61,653 bases of DNA from a bacterium (GTDB taxonomy: Bacteria; Patescibacteriota; Minisyncoccia; Phycocordibacterales; UBA2100): assembly GCA_030674455.1 (NCBI GenBank), contig JAUSGQ010000035.1, positions 1 through 61,653 of the forward strand, written 5' to 3'. The notes below the pieces were generated by a model. That model worked only from the letters and a program-made list of their open reading frames with translations, was not told the DNA's origin and made no database searches. Every line of letters starts with the position of its first letter. The first letter of the stretch is position 1. This document shows, piece by piece, positions 16,991 through 26,712 of the stretch. Made by a program: the position numbers and the translations under genes.

Positions 16991-17875
16991 ATGGCAAGCA
17001 TAAAAAAGACAGTAATTGTGACGGGCGGCGCAGGCCTCATTGGGCCTTCTTTGATAGAGCTTTTGCTCGAGAAATATAGGGTAGTTTCTCTGGACAGTTA
17101 CTTCATCGGCTCCGAGAGAAATCACATAGAAGGCGCTACATACATTAAGGGACATACCAAAGACATCGCAACGCTTCTCGCGAACGAAAAACCGTCGATA
17201 ATTTTTCATCTCGGAGAATACTCGCGCGTTGAGCAGAGTTTTAAGGACATAGAATTCGTGTGGGAATCGAATGTCGCGGGTACATTTCGAGTTCTTGAAT
17301 ACTGGAGAAAGCTCAATCAGGCGGGCAATGAATGCAAACTGGTGTACGCCGGCTCAAGCACAAAATTTGCGGACGGCGGATTGGGGCGCGACCAAAGCCC
17401 CTATGCGTGGATGAAAGCGAGCAATACCGAGCTCGTGAGCAATTACGGAGATTGGTTCGGCCTGCCATTCGCGATTACCTATTTCTACAACGGATATGGA
17501 CCGCGCGAACTTTCTGAAGGGCCATACGCGAGCGTGATGGGAATATTCAAAAAGAAATATGCCGCAGGGAAGCCAATTACCGTCGTTGCTCCCGGGACGC
17601 AGCGCCGCAATTTCACCCATGCAGATGACCTGGCGCGCGGGCTTTTTATGGTCGGAGAAAAGGGGCAGGGAGACGAATACGGTTTGGGAAGCCCCGAATC
17701 ATATTCTCTTCTTGAGATTGCACAGATGTTCGGCGGAACAATAGAAATGCTGCCGGAGCGAAAAGGTAATCGCATGGAATCGGTGATGGACACCTCGAGA
17801 GCGGAAAAAGAATTCGGCTGGAAGCCGGAACATACCGTTAAGGAATATATAGAATCGTTGAAGCATGCCCGGTAG
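16991..17875 (+). CDS. NAD-dependent nucleotide-sugar epimerase/dehydratase (extended SDR)
   Basis: VTGGAGLIG, YAGSS, SPYAWMK (YxxxK), FYNGYGP, RNFTH.DD. Confidence 0.88.
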   Translation: MASIKKTVIVTGGAGLIGPSLIELLLEKYRVVSLDSYFIGSERNHIEGATYIKGHTKDIATLLANEKPSIIFHLGEYSRVEQSFKDIEFVWESNVAGTFRVLEYWRKLNQAGNECKLVYAGSSTKFADGGLGRDQSPYAWMKASNTELVSNYGDWFGLPFAITYFYNGYGPRELSEGPYASVMGIFKKKYAAGKPITVVAPGTQRRNFTHADDLARGLFMVGEKGQGDEYGLGSPESYSLLEIAQMFGGTIEMLPERKGNRMESVMDTSRAEKEFGWKPEHTVKEYIESLKHAR

Positions 17876-18000
17876 GACAATTTCAAATTGCCTTGTATGA
17901 ATATCTATCAGCGGATAATAATAAAGTGTTTTCAGAATGGTTTGCAAAACATCCCCTGTTCGACCTGCGGCAGAAATTATTTGAAATTGTACTAACCGGG
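17868..18000 (+). mobile_element. MITE-like element family A copy 1 (133 bp, 4-bp TSD CATG)
   Basis: CATG|CCCGGTAGGACAATTTCAAAT...ATTTGAAATTGTACTAACCGGG|CATG. Confidence 0.85.
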
Positions 18001-18001
18001 C

Positions 18002-19234
18002 ATGACATACGAAAATAAAAAAAAGAGGATTTTAATCTTCTCTCTCACGTATCATCCATTCATTGGAGGAGCTGAACTTGCGATTAAAGAAATTACCGAC
18101 CGTATTCCCGCGAGCGAATACGAGTTCGACATGATAACTCTCCGATTCGACAAGAATTTACCGGAGATCGAGCGCATTGGGAACGTAACCGTGCACCGCA
18201 TCGGAATAACGACTGACTCGCCGCGCATATCCGACAGGAATATCCCTTTTGCGGCGAAGCTCGCGAAAATCCTTTTTCCGTTCTCGTCGTTCTTCAAAGC
18301 GCGCGCACTTCACAAAGAGCGCGCATACGATATGACGTGGGCGATGATGGCGAATTATGCCGCTTTCGGCGCGCTACTTTTTAAATACGCGAATCCGCAG
18401 ATTCCATATTTTCTTGAGCTTCAGGACGGCAACACGTTAGCGCAAGTAAAAGCGAGGCAGCCGATTTTGCGCTTATTATGGCCGTTTTATAGGAATATTT
18501 ACCTGAAAGCCGACATCATCAAGGCCATCTCGCATTTTATTGAAAAGCTGGCACGCGGAATCGGTTTTACAGGGCCGATTGTAGTAATCCCGAACGCGGT
18601 AGATGTCGCAAGGTTCTCTGCCGAAGTGCCGAAAGAAATGGAGGTGGAACTAAAATCAAAGTTCGGCAAGAAGTTAGGAGATGTCTTTTTGTTCACTGCC
18701 TCGCGGCTCGTTCTTTCCCGCGGAGTGGAGGACGTTATACGCGCGCTCGCGCATTTGCCGCAGAACGTAAAACTTCTGGTGGCGGGCTCCGGCGATGAGA
18801 AAGCGAAACTGGATAGTATCGCAAAAAAATCCGGAGTTCAAAGCAGAGTGATTTTTGCAGGTCAGGTTTCTCATTCGGAACTTCCCGCATATTACAAAAT
18901 ATCCGACATTTTTGTGCGTCCTTCCATCATCGAAGGGTTTGGAAGCTCGTTCGTGGAAGCATTTGCCGCGGGAATTCCCGTCGTAGCTACGCCCGTCGGG
19001 GGAATTAACGATTTTCTTTTTGATCCGGAGAGAAGTCCTGATAAGCCGGCAACCGGATTGTTTTGCGAAGTTAGGAATCCGGAATCAATTGCGCGCGCAG
19101 TCACTCGCTACATGAAAGAGCCGGTACTCGTCGCTGAAGTGGTGCAAAACGCGCGCACATTGGCGGAAAAAGATTATGATTGGGAAACCATCGCGAAAGA
19201 CGTAAAAACAAAGATATTTGACGCTCTAGTATGA
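18002..19234 (+). CDS. glycosyltransferase family 4
   Basis: GGAE, IPNAVD, ASRL, RPSIIEGFGSSFVEAFAAGIPVVATPVGG. Confidence 0.92.
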   Translation: MTYENKKKRILIFSLTYHPFIGGAELAIKEITDRIPASEYEFDMITLRFDKNLPEIERIGNVTVHRIGITTDSPRISDRNIPFAAKLAKILFPFSSFFKARALHKERAYDMTWAMMANYAAFGALLFKYANPQIPYFLELQDGNTLAQVKARQPILRLLWPFYRNIYLKADIIKAISHFIEKLARGIGFTGPIVVIPNAVDVARFSAEVPKEMEVELKSKFGKKLGDVFLFTASRLVLSRGVEDVIRALAHLPQNVKLLVAGSGDEKAKLDSIAKKSGVQSRVIFAGQVSHSELPAYYKISDIFVRPSIIEGFGSSFVEAFAAGIPVVATPVGGINDFLFDPERSPDKPATGLFCEVRNPESIARAVTRYMKEPVLVAEVVQNARTLAEKDYDWETIAKDVKTKIFDALV

Positions 19235-20373
19235 GAATTCTCATTGTCACTGGGATATTTGAGCCGGAAAGCGGAGGTCCGGCCGTTTACGCGCCGAACA
19301 TTGCGGGAAAACTTGTCGAAGCGGGGAATCAAGTTTCCGTGCTTACGTATTCTTCCAAACCCGGCGTAGATGCTGATACACGATATCCGTTCGCGCTCAC
19401 GCGGGTTGTCCGTGGAAATAAATTCCTAAATCGGTTCAGAATGTTCTTTGCCGTGCTTAGGCTCGCAAAAGATGCCGACCTTGTGTACATGCTCGATTGG
19501 TTCGCCGCGGGGTTTCCGGCGGCGCTCGCCGCGCGCTTGCGCGGCATTCCGTATGTCGTCCGCGTCGGAGGAGATTACTTGTGGGAGCAGAAATATCTTG
19601 AATCCGATGCCCCGCCTATTTCGCTTTCCGATTTTTATGAACGCGGCGTGTACAAGAGAATTTCGTACAAGCCGTTTTTCTGGATTATCCGCTCTGTATT
19701 AAATAATGCCGCAAAAGTTATCTTTAATTCCGATAAGCAGAAAGAGCTGTACCAGAAATTCTATGGGTTAAAGAGTGCTGTTACCATTTGCAATCCTGTT
19801 CCGCGCGTGGAAACGCAAGGAATCGTTCGTGGCGCTGTCACAAAAGAATTCGTTTACTGGGGCCGTTTTATCGTGATGAAAAATCTGGGAACATTGATTC
19901 GCGCGTTCGCAAAAGCGCGGATTCCCGAGGAATACAAGATTGCGCTCATCGGTGACGGCCCGCGCAAAGCGGAGATACTCTCGCTCATCGAAAAACTCGG
20001 CCTCTCGTCGCGCGTTCGCGTGGAACCCAGCATTCCGTTTTATGCTGCAATGGAGCGAATAAAGAATTGCCGAGCGTTTATTCTGCCGAGCTGGACTGAT
20101 ATTTCTCCCAATCAGGTATATGAGGCGCTTGCCATCGGACTTCCCGCAGTTGTCACAAAAGAAAATTATTTGAGCATCCGTAATCAACTGCCGGAGATGA
20201 TAGACCCTAATTCTATCGAGGACATTGGCTCGAAACTCGAAATGCTTGCGGATGACGCGAAGTATCAATCTTTCGCGGAGAAGTTTAGGACCATATCGTT
20301 CAAGAATACATGGGATGATGTAGCCCGAGAGCATCTTGCTGTTTTTGGCAGCGTGGTACATAAAAAGAATTAA
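19231..20373 (+). CDS. glycosyltransferase family 4
   Basis: FEPESGGPA, WGRF..MKNL, GDGP, LPSWTDISPNQVYEALAIGLP. Confidence 0.9.
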   Translation: MRILIVTGIFEPESGGPAVYAPNIAGKLVEAGNQVSVLTYSSKPGVDADTRYPFALTRVVRGNKFLNRFRMFFAVLRLAKDADLVYMLDWFAAGFPAALAARLRGIPYVVRVGGDYLWEQKYLESDAPPISLSDFYERGVYKRISYKPFFWIIRSVLNNAAKVIFNSDKQKELYQKFYGLKSAVTICNPVPRVETQGIVRGAVTKEFVYWGRFIVMKNLGTLIRAFAKARIPEEYKIALIGDGPRKAEILSLIEKLGLSSRVRVEPSIPFYAAMERIKNCRAFILPSWTDISPNQVYEALAIGLPAVVTKENYLSIRNQLPEMIDPNSIEDIGSKLEMLADDAKYQSFAEKFRTISFKNTWDDVAREHLAVFGSVVHKKN

Positions 20374-20374
20374 T

Positions 20375-21526
20375 ATGCGCGTGTTACAAATAGGAACAGA
20401 CAGGACAATATTTGATTCCAACAGCGCATCCGCTTCGCGTATGCGCGCATACGGAAAACGCTTCGGAGGGCTTGATATCATCGTTTTTTCGCTGATAAAG
20501 CACGGAGTTCAAGACACAAATTTGAGTGAACACGTGCGTGTGCACGCGACCAATTCCTTCTTTCGTTTTATGTACGTGTGGGGCGCGGTATGGCTTTCGT
20601 TCAAATTGCCGAAGCCGGATGTGGTTTCCGTTCAAGACCCTTTTGAGACCGGGATTGCGGGATGGCTCATAGCACGATTGCGAGGCTCGGCGCTTCACGT
20701 GCAGTTACACACCGATTTTCTTTCCCCGGAATTCTCTCGGCTCTCGCTCCTCAACAGGTTGCGTGTCCAGATTGCGGGATTTGTTTTACGGCGCGCGTCC
20801 CGCATCCGCGTTGTTTCTGAGCGAATCAAACGCTCACTCAAAACTAAAAACTATAAACTAAAAACTGAACCTACGGTGCTGCCGATTTTCGTCGATGTAG
20901 AGAAATATCGCAACGCTCAAGTTAGCCCCAAGCTTGCGGCGCACGAGCATTTATTCCGGACGAAGTTGCTCGTGGTCTCGCGGCTCGAACCCGAGAAGAA
21001 TGTAGGGCTCGCGATACACGCATTCGCCAAAGCCGCATTGGAAAATTCTTGCCTCATTATTATCGGCGAGGGCAGAGAGGGCGAGAAGCTTCACCAGATG
21101 GCTATCCAAAGGGGAGTATCAAAATGGGTGTTTTTCGAAGGGCAAACTGATCCCGCGCAATATTACAAAATTGCGGATTTATTGCTCGCGCCTTCGCGAT
21201 ACGAAGGGTACGGCATGGTCGTAGTCGAAGCGCTTGCAGCCGGCACGCCCGTCATTTCGACAGATGTCGGTGTCGCGCGAGAAGCAGGAGCGATTATCGC
21301 AGAAGAAGACGATTTCGCGAAAGCGATTACCAACTGGTTCGCGAATGGCTCGTCCACAGGCGAATCAGCAGATTTCGTGGCTAGGCCTGCCGCCACAACC
21401 GGCGGCTCGTCCACAGATGCCGCCACAACCGGCGGCCCGAAAGAAGGAAAGCTCCTGAACTACCCGTACAAGAATTTTGAGGAATACGTCAAGGCGTACT
21501 GTAAGGACATCGAATCCTCTACCTGA
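20375..21526 (+). CDS. glycosyltransferase family 4
   Basis: QDPFETG, VSRLEPEKN, PSRYEGYGMVVVEALAAGTPVISTDVG; start reassigned to 20375. Confidence 0.9.
   Translation: MRVLQIGTDRTIFDSNSASASRMRAYGKRFGGLDIIVFSLIKHGVQDTNLSEHVRVHATNSFFRFMYVWGAVWLSFKLPKPDVVSVQDPFETGIAGWLIARLRGSALHVQLHTDFLSPEFSRLSLLNRLRVQIAGFVLRRASRIRVVSERIKRSLKTKNYKLKTEPTVLPIFVDVEKYRNAQVSPKLAAHEHLFRTKLLVVSRLEPEKNVGLAIHAFAKAALENSCLIIIGEGREGEKLHQMAIQRGVSKWVFFEGQTDPAQYYKIADLLLAPSRYEGYGMVVVEALAAGTPVISTDVGVAREAGAIIAEEDDFAKAITNWFANGSSTGESADFVARPAATTGGSSTDAATTGGPKEGKLLNYPYKNFEEYVKAYCKDIESST
21347..21436 (+). repeat. in-frame duplicated hairpin insert near the GT4 C-terminus
   Basis: TGCCGCCACAACCGGCGGC at 21388 and 21418 (period 30); GGCTCGTCCACAG at 21347 and 21404. 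Confidence 0.7.
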
Positions 21527-21597
21527 AACATTTGCATGGGAAATACACAGGCCTATGCTTCTTAACGTATATTGGCACACATCAATATTTGTTTTCG

Positions 21598-21641
21598 ATA
21601 TCCTTAATACCTCACCATGGCGGATTGGTAAGTAAGGATAT
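21598..21641. repeat. palindromic flank repeat 1 of the PaaX/Cas2-like gene
   Basis: ATATCCTTAATACCTCACCATGGCGGATTGGTAAGTAAGGATAT; ends are a 9-bp inverted repeat. Confidence 0.7.
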
Positions 21642-21657
21642 GGGCATGGGAGCGGAA

Positions 21658-22236
21658 TTACTTAAGTTTAAAATGGCGTTTAATCCACGCGTCATTTTCT
21701 ACACTTTCTACCACAGCATAAAGCACGTCTTTCCCTATACGCAGGTCTGCTTTAATGAGCACGACCAACTCCTCGCAATCATGTGGGAATATCCATACGC
21801 TGTCCTGCAATCGCAAGAATCCACACTCGCGCATAATTCCTCGCAAGCGGTCGCGCGTGGCTCTGCGGTATTGAGGCACATCAAACATAACGAGGCGGTA
21901 TCGTTTGTCCCAGTGGCGCGTTATATCTGATTGATTAGCGATTTTCATCTTGTTCAGCGCAAGCGTCTGCCGACCCTTTTCCGTGAGTTCGGCGCATCGG
22001 ACTCCGTTGCGCCTAACGAAGCGAAGAAGCCCCCTTTTTGCAAGCTGGCCAGATGCTGTCTTGACTTTATCTCCAAGTTTATATTTGTCGCCGAGCAGGC
22101 GGGGAAGCATCTGAAAAATGTTCGGAGCAATCATTGCAATGGCAAGAACTCCCGCAGTGCCGACTGTCGAAAGTACAGCTCCCTGAATATCCCTTCTCCT
22201 CCTCCTCATTCTTGCCTCCGATTCGACTTTTCCCAT
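21658..22236 (-). CDS. PaaX-like protein (wHTH + Cas2-like domain), not CRISPR-linked
   Basis: LTEKG wing then WDKRYRLVMFDVP..RR..RD.LR..GF.RLQDSVW..PHDC; start reassigned to ATG 22236. Confidence 0.82.
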   Translation of the reverse strand: MGKVESEARMRRRRRDIQGAVLSTVGTAGVLAIAMIAPNIFQMLPRLLGDKYKLGDKVKTASGQLAKRGLLRFVRRNGVRCAELTEKGRQTLALNKMKIANQSDITRHWDKRYRLVMFDVPQYRRATRDRLRGIMRECGFLRLQDSVWIFPHDCEELVVLIKADLRIGKDVLYAVVESVENDAWIKRHFKLK

Positions 22237-22274
22237 GTCCTTAATAATACACCATAGCGAGGTGGTAAGGATAT
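22235..22274. repeat. palindromic flank repeat 2 of the PaaX/Cas2-like gene
   Basis: ATGTCCTTAATAATACACCATAGCGAGGTGGTAAGGATAT, a direct homolog of 21598-21641 that overlaps the start codon. Confidence 0.7.
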
Positions 22275-22421
22275 TTGTAATACGTATAGTATAATATGGG
22301 CAGAATAATGGGAGTGGAGCGTCAGGGTTCGAGATTTGGGCTGGAAAATTGGAGTTGAAAATGTTGTATTTTAGGTGTGGAAAACATAAACACATGGGAA
22401 AAGCGATGCAATAATGGCAGT

Positions 22422-25292
22422 ATGCTCTTTTCTTCCAAGGCTATTTCTGAATATTCGACTGTCATAATATTTTGTTTGTTATTGGCATCTGGTTTGTCTA
22501 TGATGCCGGGTATCGCAGGAGCGCAGGATATGGATGCTCCCCCATTGCCGCCAGCGACCTTTCGTGCGGAACATGACGGAATTTCTGTTTACAATGGCAA
22601 TTTTGGCGATGATGACCCTTTTTTGCCTCCCGAAATAACGACATACCGTTCTTCGCAACTTTCTGCAGTAGATGGCAGTTGGATTATTGAAACGTTTCCA
22701 TGGGAACACTATATCCCTCTTGAAAGAGGAGCGTTTCTTCTCGAACGTATAGATCCGGACACGAATGGATTTGAGGGAGGCACCGGTATACGCGGACAGA
22801 ATTACGACTTCGCTCATGCAAGTATTAATACTGCAACGACAACGAGTACAGTTGCTTTCTCGATTCCGTATCTCGGTTCATCCGGACTAGAATCAGGCCA
22901 GTATGCCATCTATCCGGTGGAATTGCCTCAAACAAAAGTAGTATATGACGGTCCCGCAGCGAACGAATCAGTATTTACCGACGAAGATTTGGAAAAAATC
23001 ATTGAGGAAGATCCTTGGTACAGCAATAATGTCAGAGCCGACATTACATACGGGTTTTCAGCAATATTTAATTACGTAAATGACGGTCCGCCTCCATGCA
23101 CGCAGGATTGTTTTTCCAACGTTCTTTTTCTTCCGGGGATTAAAGCGAGCCGTCTGTATAAGTCACGTCCGCCGGGTTGCGTGACCGATTGCGAAGACCA
23201 GCTTTGGGAGCCAAACGCCAACAGCGATGTCGAAGATTTGTTCTTGAATTCGGACGGTACGAGCATTCGCGATGACATCTACACGCGGGATATTATGGAC
23301 GAGCATACGTCGACGGGAAATGGCGACGTATACGGGACGTTTGCCGCATTTATGGGCAATGAGGTGAGCGCGGGAGTCATAAAGGATTGGGTGGCGATTC
23401 CCTATGATTGGCGGCTCGACCTTGAGTACGTGGTCGAAAACGGAACGTCGCTGGACGGAAATCTTTCATACATTGGTGCGGCGGCATCCTCCTACGCGGT
23501 GAACCAGGTTCTTCGTCTCGCAGAAAGCTCAAAGAGCGGGAAGGTGACAATCGTTGCCCACTCAAACGGCGGATTATTCGCAAAGCTTCTGGTTAACAAG
23601 CTCAAAGAAATGGGCAAGGAAAATCTTATCGACAAGATAGTATTTGTCGCCGTTCCACAGACGGGGACTCCGAAGGCAATCGGAACCCTGCTCCATGGTT
23701 ACGAGGAAGCAATTCTTTCGGGCATTATCACCAAAGCATCTACCGCGAGAATACTCGCAGGCAATACTCCAGAAGCATACAACCTGCTTCCTTCGGAGGA
23801 ATATTTCAACGGCGTAGTTACGCCGCCAGTTCTCTTTCCTTTCGAAACTGCGACAGCTCAGAATCTTCGCGCCGCCTATGGCGTTTCAATCGGGTCATAC
23901 GAAGCTCTCCACAGATTCCTGCTCGGGCTTGAAGGACGCCCGAAACCATCTGCAGACGAAACGAATCTTCCCGATGTACTGAATTATGACCTGCTGACTC
24001 GGGCCGAAGCATTACATGCGAAGCTCGATGTATGGACGCCACCCGATGGGGTGGCGCTCTATGAAGTGGCGGGAGTCGGACTTCTCACGCCGTCGGGAAT
24101 CAAATATGTCGACGATTGCCCGATTTTCTGTCCAATGAGAAGCCCGTATTTAGATTTTGAGCCAGAGAATGTGATTGAAGGGGATGGCACGGTGGTTGAT
24201 GCGAGCGCGCTTGCGGGAACTGGGACTAATTATTATTTCAATGTGGACAGATACAATGCCACTAACGGATCATTACCGTCGGTTCAGCACGCCTCTCTAA
24301 TGGGGGCTTCCGACATCACTTCATTTATTGCTCAAATTATTAAGAAGGAAATAGGTGATTCACTCCCCAGCACCATTACAACCACTAAACCGTATTTTGC
24401 CAACGCCAAACATCTCATCTATCGCGTTCACTCACCCGTTTCTCTAGACCTATACGACAGTTTGGGTAATCACACGGGCGTTGCTACGACGACTCTATCT
24501 GATGGGACGGTCGTGAGTTATGTCGAAAACAATATTCCAGGCTCCTACTACGATGAATTCGGGGAAGTGAAATATATCTTCTCTGATGGCTCGGAGCAGG
24601 TAAATATCGTACTCAATGGATTAGGTTCCGGCGTTGCAACGTTTGATATCAACGAAATGACGGGCAACACGTTCGTCGCTTCTACAACATTCGTCAATAT
24701 CGCTGTCATTCCGCAGACGCGAATTACTATGGGTATACAGGCGGGAGGAACTATTTCCGGAGCGTCAGCTCTTCAAGTTGATGAGGATGGAGACGGGACG
24801 GTGGACTCCGAGCTTCCTGCGGGAGGCACGGTAATGTATGACGATTTTGTCAAAGATGACACAGAAGAAGTTTTAGAGACGGTGGTTACTGCGCCGGCCC
24901 AACCTGCTCCATCAGGGGGCGGCAACGGGCCGATAGTAGTTGCGCCGAGCTTCACCCCAAGCATCTCGGTAGCCACGACCACCGTATTGCCCGAGATTGC
25001 CACGAGTACACCCATGCAGATTGTTGCGGCTGCCAGCACTACATCAGTTGCCACCACTACAGTTACTCAAGAATTCCAAGCAGGAACATCCTCAGTCAAA
25101 ATTGCTCGAACCATAGTTGCCCCGAAAGTCACACAGAAAAGAAACAGTGCGACAAGTACGAACAATGTTAGACTAGTCGCAGGCGCGGCGGCGAGTCTTC
25201 CCGCCCCCATTAACCCCCAAGGCGGGGAGAGGTGGTGGTCGAACATATATAAAATGGCGAGAAACATTATTCGCTTAATTATCGGTCTATGA
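22422..25292 (+). CDS. large secreted LCAT/PLA2-like alpha/beta-hydrolase (lipase/acyltransferase)
   Basis: Signal peptide; VLFLPGIKAS, PYDWRL, IVAHSNGG nucleophile elbow, PQTGTPKA, GDGTV and QHASL (Asp/His); Thr-rich tail; start 22422 inferred. Confidence 0.82.
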   Translation: MLFSSKAISEYSTVIIFCLLLASGLSMMPGIAGAQDMDAPPLPPATFRAEHDGISVYNGNFGDDDPFLPPEITTYRSSQLSAVDGSWIIETFPWEHYIPLERGAFLLERIDPDTNGFEGGTGIRGQNYDFAHASINTATTTSTVAFSIPYLGSSGLESGQYAIYPVELPQTKVVYDGPAANESVFTDEDLEKIIEEDPWYSNNVRADITYGFSAIFNYVNDGPPPCTQDCFSNVLFLPGIKASRLYKSRPPGCVTDCEDQLWEPNANSDVEDLFLNSDGTSIRDDIYTRDIMDEHTSTGNGDVYGTFAAFMGNEVSAGVIKDWVAIPYDWRLDLEYVVENGTSLDGNLSYIGAAASSYAVNQVLRLAESSKSGKVTIVAHSNGGLFAKLLVNKLKEMGKENLIDKIVFVAVPQTGTPKAIGTLLHGYEEAILSGIITKASTARILAGNTPEAYNLLPSEEYFNGVVTPPVLFPFETATAQNLRAAYGVSIGSYEALHRFLLGLEGRPKPSADETNLPDVLNYDLLTRAEALHAKLDVWTPPDGVALYEVAGVGLLTPSGIKYVDDCPIFCPMRSPYLDFEPENVIEGDGTVVDASALAGTGTNYYFNVDRYNATNGSLPSVQHASLMGASDITSFIAQIIKKEIGDSLPSTITTTKPYFANAKHLIYRVHSPVSLDLYDSLGNHTGVATTTLSDGTVVSYVENNIPGSYYDEFGEVKYIFSDGSEQVNIVLNGLGSGVATFDINEMTGNTFVASTTFVNIAVIPQTRITMGIQAGGTISGASALQVDEDGDGTVDSELPAGGTVMYDDFVKDDTEEVLETVVTAPAQPAPSGGGNGPIVVAPSFTPSISVATTTVLPEIATSTPMQIVAAASTTSVATTTVTQEFQAGTSSVKIARTIVAPKVTQKRNSATSTNNVRLVAGAAASLPAPINPQGGERWWSNIYKMARNIIRLIIGL

Positions 25293-25726
25293 TTTTTCTA
25301 AGAAATAATATTTGGAGAATTTTGCCACTGCTTGTTGCGGGAGCGGTCTGGACAATCGGTTATATATACATGCACCAGTTAGCGTTCGGTATTTGCGACA
25401 GTCCCTACACCGACAATGGATATTCTGGTTGTACCGACAGCACTTTCTATTCTATCGGTGAGCCTGCGATTGCCTATAGCCAATGGCTGATAGCATCTGC
25501 CATAATCACATTATTTGTACGACTCGAGACCTTAAAACGTTGGGGTATTTTTGCAATCGCGTATCTTATCGCGACAACCGTCGCGCTTGCGTTTACGCAA
25601 GTGTCGTCAGGCGGAATCGGATTTCAGGAACGATTGACCGTGGCGCATTTCTTCGGCATTCTTTTCCTCGCCATCACCATCCTCTGGGTCGTCATCCACG
25701 CCATCATCCTCCGGCGCAGGTCGTGA
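25289..25726 (+). CDS. small four-TM membrane protein, translationally coupled to the lipase
   Basis: ATGA overlap with the lipase stop; four hydrophobic segments and a Cys pair in loop 1. Confidence 0.75.
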   Translation: MIFLRNNIWRILPLLVAGAVWTIGYIYMHQLAFGICDSPYTDNGYSGCTDSTFYSIGEPAIAYSQWLIASAIITLFVRLETLKRWGIFAIAYLIATTVALAFTQVSSGGIGFQERLTVAHFFGILFLAITILWVVIHAIILRRRS

Positions 25727-25792
25727 GGAATTGGAGGACATAACCAAAGTTTAAATGAGAGTTCGAGTATCTATTTCCTGGTACTTTGCTAG

Positions 25793-26623
25793 TTACTCGT
25801 TAGGGCAATTATTTCCACGAGCCCATGTTTTGTAGAACGGGTCAAAATTGCTACACCGAACATCGGTAACGCATGATTTTTTTAGCGGGACAGATGTTAC
25901 TCCATCGCAGATGGTTACATCATGTAATTTTAATGCATATGTCGATAAGCAAATATTCTTAGACGAAGGGAAAAAAGCATTTCCGCATTCTTGAATTGCC
26001 GTCACTTTATTTTTTACGAAGAAAGGATTAAAACTTTCGCGAATTTCTGTCTCATGCTCAATCATGCCGTTAACCGCATAGCCCATACCTACACATAAGA
26101 TGGAAACTGCGATGAACATTGTCATGGTTAGCATCTTGAGAGATACGCGCTTCCAGAACATCTGCAGGCACATTGACCAGCTTAAAGCATACAAAAACGT
26201 TGCCGAACAAAAGAGGGAGATTAAGATTCCTAGACCTCCGAAATCCGAACAGCTCCACGCAAAGCAGGTATTCACATTGTATCCGACATATATTAGCAAC
26301 ACTGAAACTGGGAGGATAAAAAGTAGACCCATCCAAAAGGCATGCAAGCGTCTTTTATCCTGGAGCAGTGAGTAGACGGCCGATAGCAAGCTAATAATGA
26401 AACTTGCGTACATTGATAGTGTTGCCCACTTTTGGTAAGAGTCACTGCATGCTTTTACTGCGGCAGATCCTTTGTTTAGGCAGATTATCCGAGAGCCCTC
26501 GTCTGCCAGAAAAAGTAGGATCACAGACAATATGAACAATGAAAATGAAAGCAACACGAATTTCTTGGGAGACAGCACCCGTATTCGTAAGAAGTCCATA
26601 GACACCATTACTATACTATCCAT
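25793..26623 (-). CDS. hypothetical multi-TM protein with Cys-rich C-terminal domain
   Basis: Five hydrophobic segments; C-terminal C..C..C repeats (ICL.......DVTICDGV....KKSC); AT-rich. Confidence 0.7.
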   Translation of the reverse strand: MDSIVMVSMDFLRIRVLSPKKFVLLSFSLFILSVILLFLADEGSRIICLNKGSAAVKACSDSYQKWATLSMYASFIISLLSAVYSLLQDKRRLHAFWMGLLFILPVSVLLIYVGYNVNTCFAWSCSDFGGLGILISLFCSATFLYALSWSMCLQMFWKRVSLKMLTMTMFIAVSILCVGMGYAVNGMIEHETEIRESFNPFFVKNKVTAIQECGNAFFPSSKNICLSTYALKLHDVTICDGVTSVPLKKSCVTDVRCSNFDPFYKTWARGNNCPNE

Positions 26624-26712
26624 TATCTGATTTTTTGAGTGTTCATGTCAGCTTGATAATCATCGCCGCCAAATATATTTCTTTGCGACGAAGCAGCACG
26701 CCGTAATCCGTT

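Noticed and set aside
21658-22236. cas2 / CRISPR-Cas locus
   Set aside because: Only a PaaX-type Cas2-like domain; no cas1, effector genes or array.
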